A DNA stretch of 64,000 nucleotides from assembly GCA_963704885.1 (NCBI GenBank), contig CAVPIB010000004.1, forward strand, positions 160,001 to 224,000. Reading direction: 5' to 3'. A program made the position numbers and the translations under genes. This document shows positions 10,734 to 19,746 of the stretch, piece by piece. Position 1 is the stretch's first letter, and every line of letters begins with the position of its first letter. The stretch comes from an uncultured Actinomycetes bacterium (lineage in GTDB: Bacteria; Actinomycetota; UBA4738; HRBIN12). Below the pieces are notes generated by a model. The model had not been told where the DNA came from and did no database searches. It was given only the letters and a program-made list of their open reading frames with translations.

Positions 10734-11647
10734 TGGAGATCATCGGCGCCGAGGAGCTCGGTCGCCGGCTCTCCATGAGGGCGGCGATCGACGCGTTGGA
10801 GATCGCGTTCCGCGAACGAGACCCAACCGCAGGACCGCTTCGTTCCACCGTCGAGACTCCTGCCGGATCGTTGCTGCTGATGCCGGCGAGCGGCGCGGCC
10901 GGGGTAGGGGTGAAGCTCGTAACCCTTTCGCCGGACAATCCCGATCGCGGGCTGCCCCTGATCAACGCGGTATACGTCCTGTTCGACGCGGTCACTCAGG
11001 AACCGGAGGCGGTGATCGACGGGGCCGCCTTGACAGCTCTGCGCACCGGCGCCGTGTCGGGACTGTCCACCCGCTGGCTGGCGAACGACGACGCCACAAG
11101 CTCGGTGATCTTCGGCAGCGGTGTCCAGGCGGCGTCGCACCTGGAGGCTATGCTCGCCGTTCGTCCGATCGAGCACGTCACGATCGTGTCGCGAACCCCG
11201 GAGCGAGCCGAGGCGCTGGCCGCAGACGCCCGGGGTAAGGGCTTGGAGAGCGTTGTCGGCTCGCCGCGAGCCGTTTCAGATGCCGACATCATCTGCACGT
11301 GCACGACCGCCACCTCGCCGCTGTTCGACGGCCGCTGGCTGAAGGCAGGAGCGCATGTCGTTGCGGTCGGCACCCACCTGGCCACGGCGCGCGAGCTGGA
11401 CTCAGCGACGATCGTCCGGGCCAAGGTCGTGGTGGAAACGCGCGAGGCTGCGCTGGAGGAAGCGGGCGAGCTGCTGCTGGCGATCCAGGAGGGTGTCATC
11501 GGCGCCGACCATGTTCGAGCCGACCTGAAGGAGCTCGTGTCCGGCGCGGTCGTACGAACGTCGCGCGACGACGTGACCGTGTTCAAGTCGGTGGGCATGG
11601 GGTTCGAGGATCTGGCCGTGGCTCGCGCGGCCCTTGACGCCGCATGA
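10733..11647 (+). CDS. Ornithine cyclodeaminase / mu-crystallin family protein
   Basis: LMPA, VGVKLVT, LTALRTGAVSG, GSGVQA, FKSVGMGFEDLA; TGATG overlap with livF. Confidence 0.9.
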   Translation: MEIIGAEELGRRLSMRAAIDALEIAFRERDPTAGPLRSTVETPAGSLLLMPASGAAGVGVKLVTLSPDNPDRGLPLINAVYVLFDAVTQEPEAVIDGAALTALRTGAVSGLSTRWLANDDATSSVIFGSGVQAASHLEAMLAVRPIEHVTIVSRTPERAEALAADARGKGLESVVGSPRAVSDADIICTCTTATSPLFDGRWLKAGAHVVAVGTHLATARELDSATIVRAKVVVETREAALEEAGELLLAIQEGVIGADHVRADLKELVSGAVVRTSRDDVTVFKSVGMGFEDLAVARAALDAA

Positions 11648-12795
11648 GCTCGGTCGCCGATGTGGTGATAGTCGGGGGCGGAGCCGTGGGCACGAGCGCC
11701 GCCTACCACCTGGCTGCGGCGGGGGCGGGGCGAGTGGTGCTGGTCGAGCGCGCCGACGCGGTGGGGACGGGATCGACCGGCGCCTGCGCGGGTGGATTCC
11801 GCCACCAGTTCTCCAGCCGGATCAACATCGAGCTCTCGCTCGCGAGCGTCCCCATGATCTTGGGGTTCACGAAGGAACACGGACTGCCGCTCGACGTCGT
11901 CCAAGACGGTTACCTATTCCTGATCAGGAAGCAGGCCGATCTTCACGCGTACCGGGCAGCCGCTGAGCTGCAGCGCTCGATGGGGGTCGATGCTCGCCTG
12001 CTCTCGGCCAAGGAGGCTGCGGAGCTGGTGCCCGGGATCTCGTTGGAGGACGTCCTCGGCGCCGCGTTCTGCCCCGACGACGGCATCGCCGATCCGTCGG
12101 GGCTCACGCAGGGCTACGCTGCCGCGGCGCGGAGAGCGGGCGCGGAGATCCGGCTGGGTTCGGAGTTGGTCGGGATCGACACCGCGGGTGACGGCGTGAC
12201 CGGCGTTCGGACCGCCAACGAGGTGATCGCGACGCGCACCGTGGTGAACGCCGCGGGCCCATGGGCGGGCGCGGTCGCGGCCGCGGCGGGGGTGTCGCTG
12301 CCCCTCGAGCCGATCCCACGGATGGTGGTGACCACGGGGTCGTTCCCCGGCGTCCCACGGCGCCGGACGCTGGTGATCGACGCGGCCACGTCGTACTACT
12401 TCCACCGCGAGGGCGACGGTGTTCTGACGGGGATGGGCGGTCGCGACGAGAAGCCGTCGTTCGATCTGTCCGTCGACCATCGCTTCATCGAGGACGAGCT
12501 ACTGCCGACGGCCGTACGGATCTTCCCGCCGATCGAGAACGCCGGGATCGCAAGGACGTGGGCCGGGCTCTACGAGATGACTCCAGACCGCCATCCGATA
12601 CTGGGGGAGACGCCCGTGGCGGGCTTGTATCTGGCCAATGGCTTCAGCGGCCACGGCTTCCAGCACGCCCCGGTCGTGGGCAAGCTGCTGGCCGAGATGA
12701 TCTTGGAGGGGCGTGCCCACTCCGTGGACGTCTCTTCGCTCGCGCTCGAACGGTTCACGTCGGGAGACCTCGTGGCCGAGGGCCATGTCGTCTGA
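11644..12795 (+). CDS. FAD-dependent oxidoreductase (DAO / sarcosine oxidase beta family)
   Basis: VVIVGGGAVG FAD motif, VVNAAGPWA, WAGLYEMTPDRHPILG, GFSGHGFQHAP. Confidence 0.9.
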   Translation: MSSVADVVIVGGGAVGTSAAYHLAAAGAGRVVLVERADAVGTGSTGACAGGFRHQFSSRINIELSLASVPMILGFTKEHGLPLDVVQDGYLFLIRKQADLHAYRAAAELQRSMGVDARLLSAKEAAELVPGISLEDVLGAAFCPDDGIADPSGLTQGYAAAARRAGAEIRLGSELVGIDTAGDGVTGVRTANEVIATRTVVNAAGPWAGAVAAAAGVSLPLEPIPRMVVTTGSFPGVPRRRTLVIDAATSYYFHREGDGVLTGMGGRDEKPSFDLSVDHRFIEDELLPTAVRIFPPIENAGIARTWAGLYEMTPDRHPILGETPVAGLYLANGFSGHGFQHAPVVGKLLAEMILEGRAHSVDVSSLALERFTSGDLVAEGHVV

Positions 12796-12796
12796 G

Positions 12797-12880
12797 TGCC
12801 GGGAGAGGGGGTCGAACCCTCACGGGCCGAAGCCCACGGGATTTTGAGTCCCGCGCGTCTGCCAGTTCCGCCATCCCGGC
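12797..12880 (-). tRNA. tRNA-Leu (CAA), CCA not encoded
   Basis: Minus strand GCCGGGATGGCGGAACTGGCAGACGCG; anticodon arm CGGGA-CTCAAAA-TCCCG; long variable arm; GGTTCGA T-loop; acceptor ...CCCGGCA. Confidence 0.96.
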
Positions 12881-12941
12881 GCCGCCTTAGACTACCCATC
12901 CCGTCCGCGCGCCCGAAGCGTGCCGGGCGACCCCGACCGAC

Positions 12942-14822
12942 GTGAGCCGACGATCATCTACCGCCGCGGCCCTGGTCGCCCTGGCGGCGACCCTCGCCGT
13001 CGCGTGCACCGGCGGCGGCTCTCCACCGAACGCAACCCCCGCACCCATCCCGGTGAAGGTGGCGTTCTTACAGGATCTGACCGTCCCCGGCGCCTCACAG
13101 CTGGTGACGCCCTCCCTCTTGGCCATAGGGCTCGCGCTCGAGCAAGCGACCGAGCGCGGCGAGCTTCCCGTCGTCCCAGAGATCGAGGCCATGGACACGG
13201 AGGGAGATCCCGGTCTCCTAGGCGAGTTCGCCAGGCAGATCGCCGATGACCCAGCCTTCGTCGCCGTGGTGCAGGGACCGTTCATGCGCCTCACCGACGT
13301 GTCCGAGGCTGTTCTCGGCGAGGCCGCGATCCCAACGGTCAGTCTCTCGTCGTGGGGCGAGACGTCCCCGAGCGGTACGCCGTGGTGGCGCGCCGTTCCG
13401 CCGCTCCAGCGCTCGGCCTCCTCGCTCGTCGCGGCGGTCCATGGTTCGGCGGCTCCGGCGTCAGGGGTGTGCCTGCTAAGTGATGCGTCTGCGTACGGTG
13501 ACGCGCTCGCCTCGCTGGTGCGACGCAGGGTCGGGTCCGACCGCATCGCGCTCGACGATGAACTGCCGGAGGCCGCACCGGTGACGGCCGTCGTGGAGCG
13601 CATCCGCCGATCGGCGTGCGGGAGCATCGCCTGGAGCGGCTCCGCAGCCTCGGCAGCCTCGCTCCGGGTGGCACTCGTCCATGCTGATCTCGCATCGATC
13701 GACGTGGTTGGGGCGGATGCGATGAAGGCTGATGCCTACCTGAGCGAGACCGATGGAGCCGCCGACGGCACGATCGTCGTCTGCGCATGCGCGGACCTGT
13801 CCTCCTCGACCCGCCCGGAGGCCGGTCGATTCATCCACGACTACCAATCACGCTACGGCTCGCCGCCGGGAGCGTTCGCCGCGGAGGGGTGGGACGTCGC
13901 GGGGATGCTGATCGCCGCGTTCGAGACCGGTGCGACGGATCGCGGGGCGGTGGCGGAAGCTCTCGCAGGCGTCTCGCCCTACGGTGGGTTGGCGAACACG
14001 TATCGCTTCTCGGACGAAGGCGAGCTGGAGTCCGGGTCCGTCCGCATGCACTCGTACCGAGCTGAGGGGCTGAGGTGGGTACCGCTCGGGGGATCCGGAG
14101 ACGAGGGGTCCGTGCCGGTCGGCACGCCCGGTTACCTTTCGGTCGCGTCTTGCCGTTCGGGTCCGCCGTTCGCCTATCCGGCCGGGGACCGCCTGTTGGG
14201 GTTCGACGTCGAGCTCGCGGCGGTGATCGCTCGCAGGCTGGGGCTCACCGAGTCGTGGAGCGAGTTGCCGTGCGGTCGAGCCCTGGCGGCGGTCTCCGCG
14301 GGAACGCTCGATGCGGTGCTGGCGCCGTCGGCCTCGGTCGCGCAGGGCACTCCGACGAGCGGTGTGGCGCTCAGCCTGCGGGTCGCCCTCGTGGCCGAGC
14401 GAACATCGGCCAGTGGGGACCGCCCACTCCTAGACCGATTGGGACCCGGAGACCTCGTGGCCGTGATCCGGACCCCGGAAACCGCGGCTTGGGCGAAGGA
14501 CGTCCTGCGCGCGACAGGCGCCCAGGTGCGGATCGTGCCTCGCCGCGCGGACGCCTACGGGGGTTTGGGGTCTGGCCGATACACGGTGGTCGCCGACCTG
14601 GAGCCATGGGCGTGGGCGGCCATCGAGCGACGTCCCGGACTTGCGGTCGCCCAGAGCTTGGACACGGGCGCCCACGACGTCTTCGTAACGGGGGGTCCGG
14701 ACGCGATCCTGGTGGCGACACTCGACCGTGAGCTCCGCCGGTTGCTGCTGAACGGCCGGTATGCGCTGCTGTTCGCGAAGTACTTCCCCGGGACCCCCAT
14801 CCCCGCCGAGACCGGCTCGTAA
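12942..14822 (+). CDS. Lipoprotein fusing a LivJ-type (class I) binding domain and a polar amino acid (class II) binding domain
   Basis: Lipobox LAVAC; N-part with FAAEGWDVA and YGGLANTYRFSDEGE; C-part with PPFAY..GFDVELAAVIARRLG and GRYALLFAKYF. Confidence 0.75.
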   Translation: MSRRSSTAAALVALAATLAVACTGGGSPPNATPAPIPVKVAFLQDLTVPGASQLVTPSLLAIGLALEQATERGELPVVPEIEAMDTEGDPGLLGEFARQIADDPAFVAVVQGPFMRLTDVSEAVLGEAAIPTVSLSSWGETSPSGTPWWRAVPPLQRSASSLVAAVHGSAAPASGVCLLSDASAYGDALASLVRRRVGSDRIALDDELPEAAPVTAVVERIRRSACGSIAWSGSAASAASLRVALVHADLASIDVVGADAMKADAYLSETDGAADGTIVVCACADLSSSTRPEAGRFIHDYQSRYGSPPGAFAAEGWDVAGMLIAAFETGATDRGAVAEALAGVSPYGGLANTYRFSDEGELESGSVRMHSYRAEGLRWVPLGGSGDEGSVPVGTPGYLSVASCRSGPPFAYPAGDRLLGFDVELAAVIARRLGLTESWSELPCGRALAAVSAGTLDAVLAPSASVAQGTPTSGVALSLRVALVAERTSASGDRPLLDRLGPGDLVAVIRTPETAAWAKDVLRATGAQVRIVPRRADAYGGLGSGRYTVVADLEPWAWAAIERRPGLAVAQSLDTGAHDVFVTGGPDAILVATLDRELRRLLLNGRYALLFAKYFPGTPIPAETGS

Positions 14823-14927
14823 GCAGGCGCCCCACGGTCGCGTTGGATTGCCCCCTGGGAGCCACCCCCATATAGTTCCCTGCGATGGGAGGGGGCGCCT
14901 CTCTGGCTTCCCCGGAAGGAGGAGGGC

Positions 14928-15836
14928 ATGCGCAACTCCAAGCTGCGGCTATTCGCATTGACGCTTGCGGTGTTCGCCATGGTGGCGGCCGCCTGCAGCG
15001 ACGAGCCCGAACAAGAACCAGCCGCGCCGTCGGATGCGGGTTCGGAGACCACTAGTCCGGCCGGCGAGCCGGACCTGCTCGCGCGGATCCAGGCCGACGG
15101 CGTCATCCGGGTCGCCACCGACCAGAAGTACAAGCCCCAGTCGTGGTACGACACCAAGAACAGCGAGTGGAAGGGTTTCGACGTAGAGGTCGCTCAGGAG
15201 ATCGCGTCCCGTCTCGGGGTCGAGGCCGAGATCGCTCACCAGGAATGGGATCTGGTCACCGCGGGATCTTGGAACGACCGGTGGGATATGAACGTCGGCT
15301 CGATGACCGTCACGCTGGAGCGCAGTTCGATCTTCTCCTTCTCGCCGGCGTACTACTACACACCGGCATCGATCGCGGTGAACGCCGAGAACACCTCCAT
15401 CCAGGACCTCACGACCGACCTGGACGGCAAGAAGGTGTGCGTCGGGTCGTCGACGACGTACGAGACGTACCTACTGGGGAAGCTGAACATCCCGGGATAC
15501 TCGTTCGACGTCGTGATCGACGACCCTCAGATCATCACGTACGCCACGGACACCGACGCGCTGGACAACCTGGCTCTGGGCGACGGGGTGCGCTGCGACG
15601 CCGCGATGACGGCCACGCCGACGATCGACCAGTTCATCGCCGACGGTGGAACAGTGAAGAACGTGGGTGACCCGCTGTACGGGGAACCACTCGCGGTCGC
15701 CTTCGACAGTTCATCGCCGATCGACAACGCAAGTCTGGTCGCGGCCGTGAGCGCGATCATCGAGGAGATGCACGCGGACGGCACGCTCACCGAGCTGTCC
15801 ATGAAGTGGTACGGCGAAGACATCACGCAGGTCTGA
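14928..15836 (+). CDS. Polar amino acid ABC substrate-binding lipoprotein
   Basis: SD GGAGGAGG, lipobox AAAC, KGFDVEVAQEIA, DGTLTELSMKWYG. Confidence 0.9.
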   Translation: MRNSKLRLFALTLAVFAMVAAACSDEPEQEPAAPSDAGSETTSPAGEPDLLARIQADGVIRVATDQKYKPQSWYDTKNSEWKGFDVEVAQEIASRLGVEAEIAHQEWDLVTAGSWNDRWDMNVGSMTVTLERSSIFSFSPAYYYTPASIAVNAENTSIQDLTTDLDGKKVCVGSSTTYETYLLGKLNIPGYSFDVVIDDPQIITYATDTDALDNLALGDGVRCDAAMTATPTIDQFIADGGTVKNVGDPLYGEPLAVAFDSSSPIDNASLVAAVSAIIEEMHADGTLTELSMKWYGEDITQV

Positions 15837-15861
15837 TCATCCGAAAGCGGTCGGGGGACCC

Positions 15862-17241
15862 GTGAGCACGGCGACATCGCAGCAGGGAGCCGGGGAGGCT
15901 CGGCTCCCTGCTGCTTACGTCGCGGAGATCCCCCGAGGCTCCATCTTCCAGCTCATCGCGGCGTGGCTCCTGCTCACCGAGGGAGGACTCGCCCTGCTCT
16001 TCCTCCCGATCCTGTCGTTGACGCCCGATTTCGACGTCCCCGTGGGCGACATCGCCACGTTCGGGACCCTCGCGGTCGCCTGTATGGTCGCGGGCGGTCT
16101 CCTGTACTCCAGGCTTCGGTGGAGCGTGTGGTTCGCCGCGATCGTGTCGCTCGCAACCGCCGGGTGGCTGGTCTCCGACAAGGGCCTGACCTCGTGGACC
16201 GATGCCTACTTGGGGGTTGGATTCGCGGTCCTCGAGGTGGTGTTCCTGATGCTCGGCCGTCACGCGGCGGGCAAGCCGGAGGCCATGGCGCTCTCGAGCG
16301 CGCATGTTCCCTTCCGCCTCAAGCTCACAGGTGTCTGGATCGGGATCTTCTTCGTGCTGGCGCTCTTCTTTTCGCAGATCGGGCTCGATTGGCGATGGAT
16401 GGCCGACAACTTCAGCATCATCGCGAAGGGGGCGATCTACACGCTCGCGCTGGCGGTCGGCGCCATCATCATCGCGGTGGTGCTGGCGCTGCTCGGGGCG
16501 CTCGGCCGGCTCTCCAAGAACCCCGTCGCGTTCGGCATCTCCGGCTTCTACACGTCCTTCTTCCGAGGCACCCCGTTGATCGTTCAGCTGTTCTTGATCT
16601 ACTTGGCGCTCCCGCAGATCGGGGCGAGCTTGGGGAGCCGAGCGCTGCTGAACGTCCTTGCGCTGACGGCGTTCCAGGCCGGCGTCATCGGCCTGGGTCT
16701 GAACTACGGGGCCTATATCACCGAGATCTTCCGGGCGGGGATCCAATCCGTGGGGCACGGGCAGGCGGAGGCCGCGGACGCCTTGGGCATGTCGTACGCG
16801 CAACGGATGCGCCGGGTGGTCCTGCCCCAGGCCACGAGGGTCATCATCCCGCCGACCGGCAACGACTTCATCGCCTTGATGAAGGACACGTCCTTGGTGG
16901 CGTTCCTGGGAGTGGTTCTGGAGCAGGCGGATCTGTTCCGCAGGGCACAGTTGATCGGGAACCAGGACCTCAAGCGCCTGGAGTCTCTGATCATCGCCGC
17001 GGGGATGTACTGGGCTCTGACGGCGATCTTCACCTTCTTCCAGATGCGGTTGGAGCGGCGGATGTCGGCGGGCTATGTCCGAGGCGAGGCGCAAACGGCT
17101 ATGGGTCGGAAGCGGACCCAGTTCCTCCCCGCTGGGCCCCCAGGGACGGTTCGGCCCGCGTTCACCGAGCCCACCAGCAGCCTCGATCCCGGGGCGCCCC
17201 ACGCACCGGGTCCGGATCAAGGAGGCGGAGACTCAGGATGA
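15862..17241 (+). CDS. Polar amino acid ABC permease with extra N-terminal membrane segment
   Basis: [44 protein letters not shown]. Confidence 0.9.
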   Translation: MSTATSQQGAGEARLPAAYVAEIPRGSIFQLIAAWLLLTEGGLALLFLPILSLTPDFDVPVGDIATFGTLAVACMVAGGLLYSRLRWSVWFAAIVSLATAGWLVSDKGLTSWTDAYLGVGFAVLEVVFLMLGRHAAGKPEAMALSSAHVPFRLKLTGVWIGIFFVLALFFSQIGLDWRWMADNFSIIAKGAIYTLALAVGAIIIAVVLALLGALGRLSKNPVAFGISGFYTSFFRGTPLIVQLFLIYLALPQIGASLGSRALLNVLALTAFQAGVIGLGLNYGAYITEIFRAGIQSVGHGQAEAADALGMSYAQRMRRVVLPQATRVIIPPTGNDFIALMKDTSLVAFLGVVLEQADLFRRAQLIGNQDLKRLESLIIAAGMYWALTAIFTFFQMRLERRMSAGYVRGEAQTAMGRKRTQFLPAGPPGTVRPAFTEPTSSLDPGAPHAPGPDQGGGDSG

Positions 17242-18005
17242 GCCCTCCCAACGGTGAAGCCGTCGTCAAGGTCGAGAACCTGCACAAGCGGTTCGGCGAG
17301 CTCGAGGTGCTCCGGGGGATCAACATGGAGGTCGACAAGGGCGAGGTCGTGGTCATCTTCGGCCGCTCCGGATCCGGCAAGTCGACGCTCCTGCGATGCA
17401 TCAACTTCCTGGAGGACCCCACGGAGGGGACCGTCGAGGTCTCCGGGATCCGGCTGGAGGGCGGTCACCGGACCCGCGGCAAGCGGGAGCAGATCCGCCT
17501 CGTTCGCCTTCACGCCGGGATGGTGTTCCAGCAGTTCAACCTGTTCCCGCACCTGACGGTGATCAACAACGTCATCGAGGGACCCGTGACGGTGAAGGGG
17601 CTGCCCAAGGACCAGGCCCGAGCGACCGGGATGGAGATCCTCGGGAAGGTCGGTCTCGCAGAGAAGGCCGACGTGTATCCGATCCGGCTTTCCGGTGGTC
17701 AGCAGCAACGTGTCGCGATCGCGCGCGCCCTCGCCATGGAGCCCGATGTGATGCTCTTCGACGAGCCGACCTCCGCGCTCGACCCGGAGCTGATCGGCGA
17801 GGTCCTGACGGTTATGAAGTCGCTCGCTATGGATCTGCACATGACCATGATGGTCGTGACGCATGAGATGGGGTTCGCACGAGAGGTCGCTAACAGGATG
17901 ATGTTCTTCCACGAGGGCGTCATCCTGGAAGAGGGCTCACCGGATCAACTCTTCGATCACACGCAGAACCCCGAGACCAAGAAGTTCCTCGAAGCGGTGC
18001 TGTAG
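17238..18005 (+). CDS. Polar amino acid ABC ATP-binding protein (GlnQ family)
   Basis: [53 protein letters not shown]. Confidence 0.93.
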   Translation: MSPPNGEAVVKVENLHKRFGELEVLRGINMEVDKGEVVVIFGRSGSGKSTLLRCINFLEDPTEGTVEVSGIRLEGGHRTRGKREQIRLVRLHAGMVFQQFNLFPHLTVINNVIEGPVTVKGLPKDQARATGMEILGKVGLAEKADVYPIRLSGGQQQRVAIARALAMEPDVMLFDEPTSALDPELIGEVLTVMKSLAMDLHMTMMVVTHEMGFAREVANRMMFFHEGVILEEGSPDQLFDHTQNPETKKFLEAVL

Positions 18006-18036
18006 GCGGCGCGAGCGCCGAGCGAGAGCCGTTCCC

Positions 18037-18191
18037 ACACAAAGAGAGACGGGCCGCGCCTCCTTGCGAACCACTCGCGCCTTCCCCATACGCGAGTGCC
18101 TCGACACGAGCGACGCGGCCCGTCACGCTTCGGTCCCGAAGTGACCGCGCTCGTCCCGTTCCCGGTCCGAGCCCGCCCTCCGCGGGACCGC
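18037..18191 (-). ncRNA. Candidate structured small RNA, family unassigned
   Basis: Own TTGACA-N17-TATCTT promoter; several stems including a perfect 11-bp helix (18048-18058 with 18114-18124); UUCG and GCAA tetraloops; U-rich tail. Confidence 0.55.
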
Positions 18192-18196
18192 AGCGA

Positions 18197-18225
18197 AAGA
18201 TAGACTGGAGGTTGAGGGCTGTCAA
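18197..18225 (-). promoter_or_regulatory. Housekeeping sigma promoter driving the candidate sRNA
   Basis: Minus strand TTGACA (18225-18220), 17-nt spacer, TATCTT (18202-18197). Confidence 0.7.
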
Positions 18226-18313
18226 CTCGCCCAGAACGCCTGCGAACGAGGCGATCTCAACGAGAGGTGCAGGTGGGCGTCGTGCGAGCCTGTCGGAAGA
18301 AAGAGTGACACGA

Positions 18314-18739
18314 TCATTCGACCGAGAACCCCGCGTGCATCCCAGCTTCGTAATGCTCCGGTAGGTTGCAGATGATCGCATAGGAACCGGGCTCGAGCGT
18401 GAGCTTGAGCTTTGCGCTCGTCCCGGAGACGATGTCCTCGACTTCGTCGATCAACACCAGACCTGCGGCTGCGAAATCGGCCACGTCGTCCACGATCTCG
18501 ATCTGCTCCAGATCTACCCCATCCGGGAGCGAGAACACCTCGAACTCGTGGGTCGTCGGCCCCGCGTTCTCCGCGACGAGGGTCACGTCGCCGGCCGCGA
18601 GTGAATCGGTCGAGAGTTCCACCGAGAAATCGGCCAGGTCGATCAGCATGTCTGCCTCGCTCGAATCGCCCCCGCTGCAAGCAGCGACACCGAGAACCAA
18701 CAGGCCCACGAGCGTGAGCGAGACGTTCCTTCGAACCAT
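18314..18739 (-). CDS. Cupredoxin-domain lipoprotein
   Basis: Lipobox VAAC; THEF and ICNLPEHYEAGM give the H/C/H/M type-1 copper ligands; SD GAGGGA. Confidence 0.85.
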   Translation of the reverse strand: MVRRNVSLTLVGLLVLGVAACSGGDSSEADMLIDLADFSVELSTDSLAAGDVTLVAENAGPTTHEFEVFSLPDGVDLEQIEIVDDVADFAAAGLVLIDEVEDIVSGTSAKLKLTLEPGSYAIICNLPEHYEAGMHAGFSVE

Positions 18740-18759
18740 CCTGTATCCCTCCTGGTGGG

Positions 18760-19602
18760 TCAGGCAGCTTGCGAAGCCGGGGCGGTCGCAGTTGCCAGGC
18801 GGCCGCGCTGCGGCCACAGAACGTAGGCAGCCATGGGGATCGCGTATGCGAGCCAGACCAAGACCTCCGCGGTTGTGGGTACGGGCTGAAGACCGAGCAT
18901 GCCGGTGAGGAGCGATGCCCGGACGGTCCCGGGAGCCACGAGCCACGACAGGTTGAAGGCCGACCCCTGCAGAGCGGTCACGACGCCGGCCTCGGCGAAC
19001 GCGTGGACGGCGTTCGCGAGGAGGCCCGCCGCCACCAGGACCAGGACGAAGCCCGTGACCTTGAAGAACCGGGCCAGGTTGATCCGGATGCCGCCGCGGT
19101 AGATCGCGTACCCGAGACCGACCGCGATGACGACGCCGATGACTGCGCCGCTCCCGGTCGCGGCGGGGTCAGATGAGCTCTGGAACGCGGCGAGCATGAA
19201 GATCGCGGTCTCCAGTCCCTCGCGCAGAACGGCGAAGAAGGCCAGGGCCACGAGCCCCACGACGGAGCCCGCGACCAACGCCTGGGCTGCGTTCTCCTCG
19301 AGTGTTCCCTTCAGCTCCTTCGCATGGCGACGCATCCACACGATCATGTAGGTCACGCCGGTCACTGCCACCAGGGCTAGGCCGCCCTCCATCGTCTCCC
19401 GCTGGCGGAGCGGGAGGGACCGTCCGATCGCGCTCAAGATGATGGCGGCGCCGGCACACAGGACCACGGCCAGTCCCACTCCGAACCACATCGGCCGTAG
19501 GGCATGGCGCTGACCTCGTTGGATCAGGAACGCCGCGATGATGCCCACGATCAGTGCCGCCTCCATCCCCTCTCGGAGTCCTATGACGAACGTCGGCAGC
19601 AT
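18760..19602 (-). CDS. efeU: FTR1/EfeU-family iron permease
   Basis: Two RExxE motifs (LREGMEA, LREGLET); multiple transmembrane segments. Confidence 0.9.
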   Translation of the reverse strand: MLPTFVIGLREGMEAALIVGIIAAFLIQRGQRHALRPMWFGVGLAVVLCAGAAIILSAIGRSLPLRQRETMEGGLALVAVTGVTYMIVWMRRHAKELKGTLEENAAQALVAGSVVGLVALAFFAVLREGLETAIFMLAAFQSSSDPAATGSGAVIGVVIAVGLGYAIYRGGIRINLARFFKVTGFVLVLVAAGLLANAVHAFAEAGVVTALQGSAFNLSWLVAPGTVRASLLTGMLGLQPVPTTAEVLVWLAYAIPMAAYVLWPQRGRLATATAPASQAA

Positions 19603-19717
19603 CCTCGGTCCTTTCGGTCGACCTAACGGCCGGCTGAATCCTATCTAAGAGGTCGGATATGAGGCAACCTCGTTCGGCCCCGGATCATCTGTCCTGGACG
19701 AACCGGCCACGGAGGGG

Positions 19718-19739
19718 CGTCGGATGAGCGGGCTAGAAT
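19718..19739 (+). promoter_or_regulatory. RecA-NDp/PafBC-type leaderless promoter of polA
   Basis: CGTCGG-N10-TAGAAT, 7 nt before the GTG start. Confidence 0.6.
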
Positions 19740-19746
19740 CCGCCGC

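Noticed and set aside
17937-18089. 50-codon minus-strand ORF (MGKARVVRK...) under the strong promoter
   Set aside because: Runs antisense into the ABC ATPase gene and its start is inside a stem-loop; kept only as an alternative
18048-18124. tRNA-like cloverleaf with GGTTCG on the minus strand
   Set aside because: No paired T-stem, no 7-nt anticodon loop, no D-loop consensus; treated as part of the candidate sRNA
19603-19700. Possible DtxR/IdeR box upstream of efeU (tgaggcaacct)
   Set aside because: Poor match to the 19-bp TWAGGTWAGSCTWACCTWA palindrome; spacing off by one
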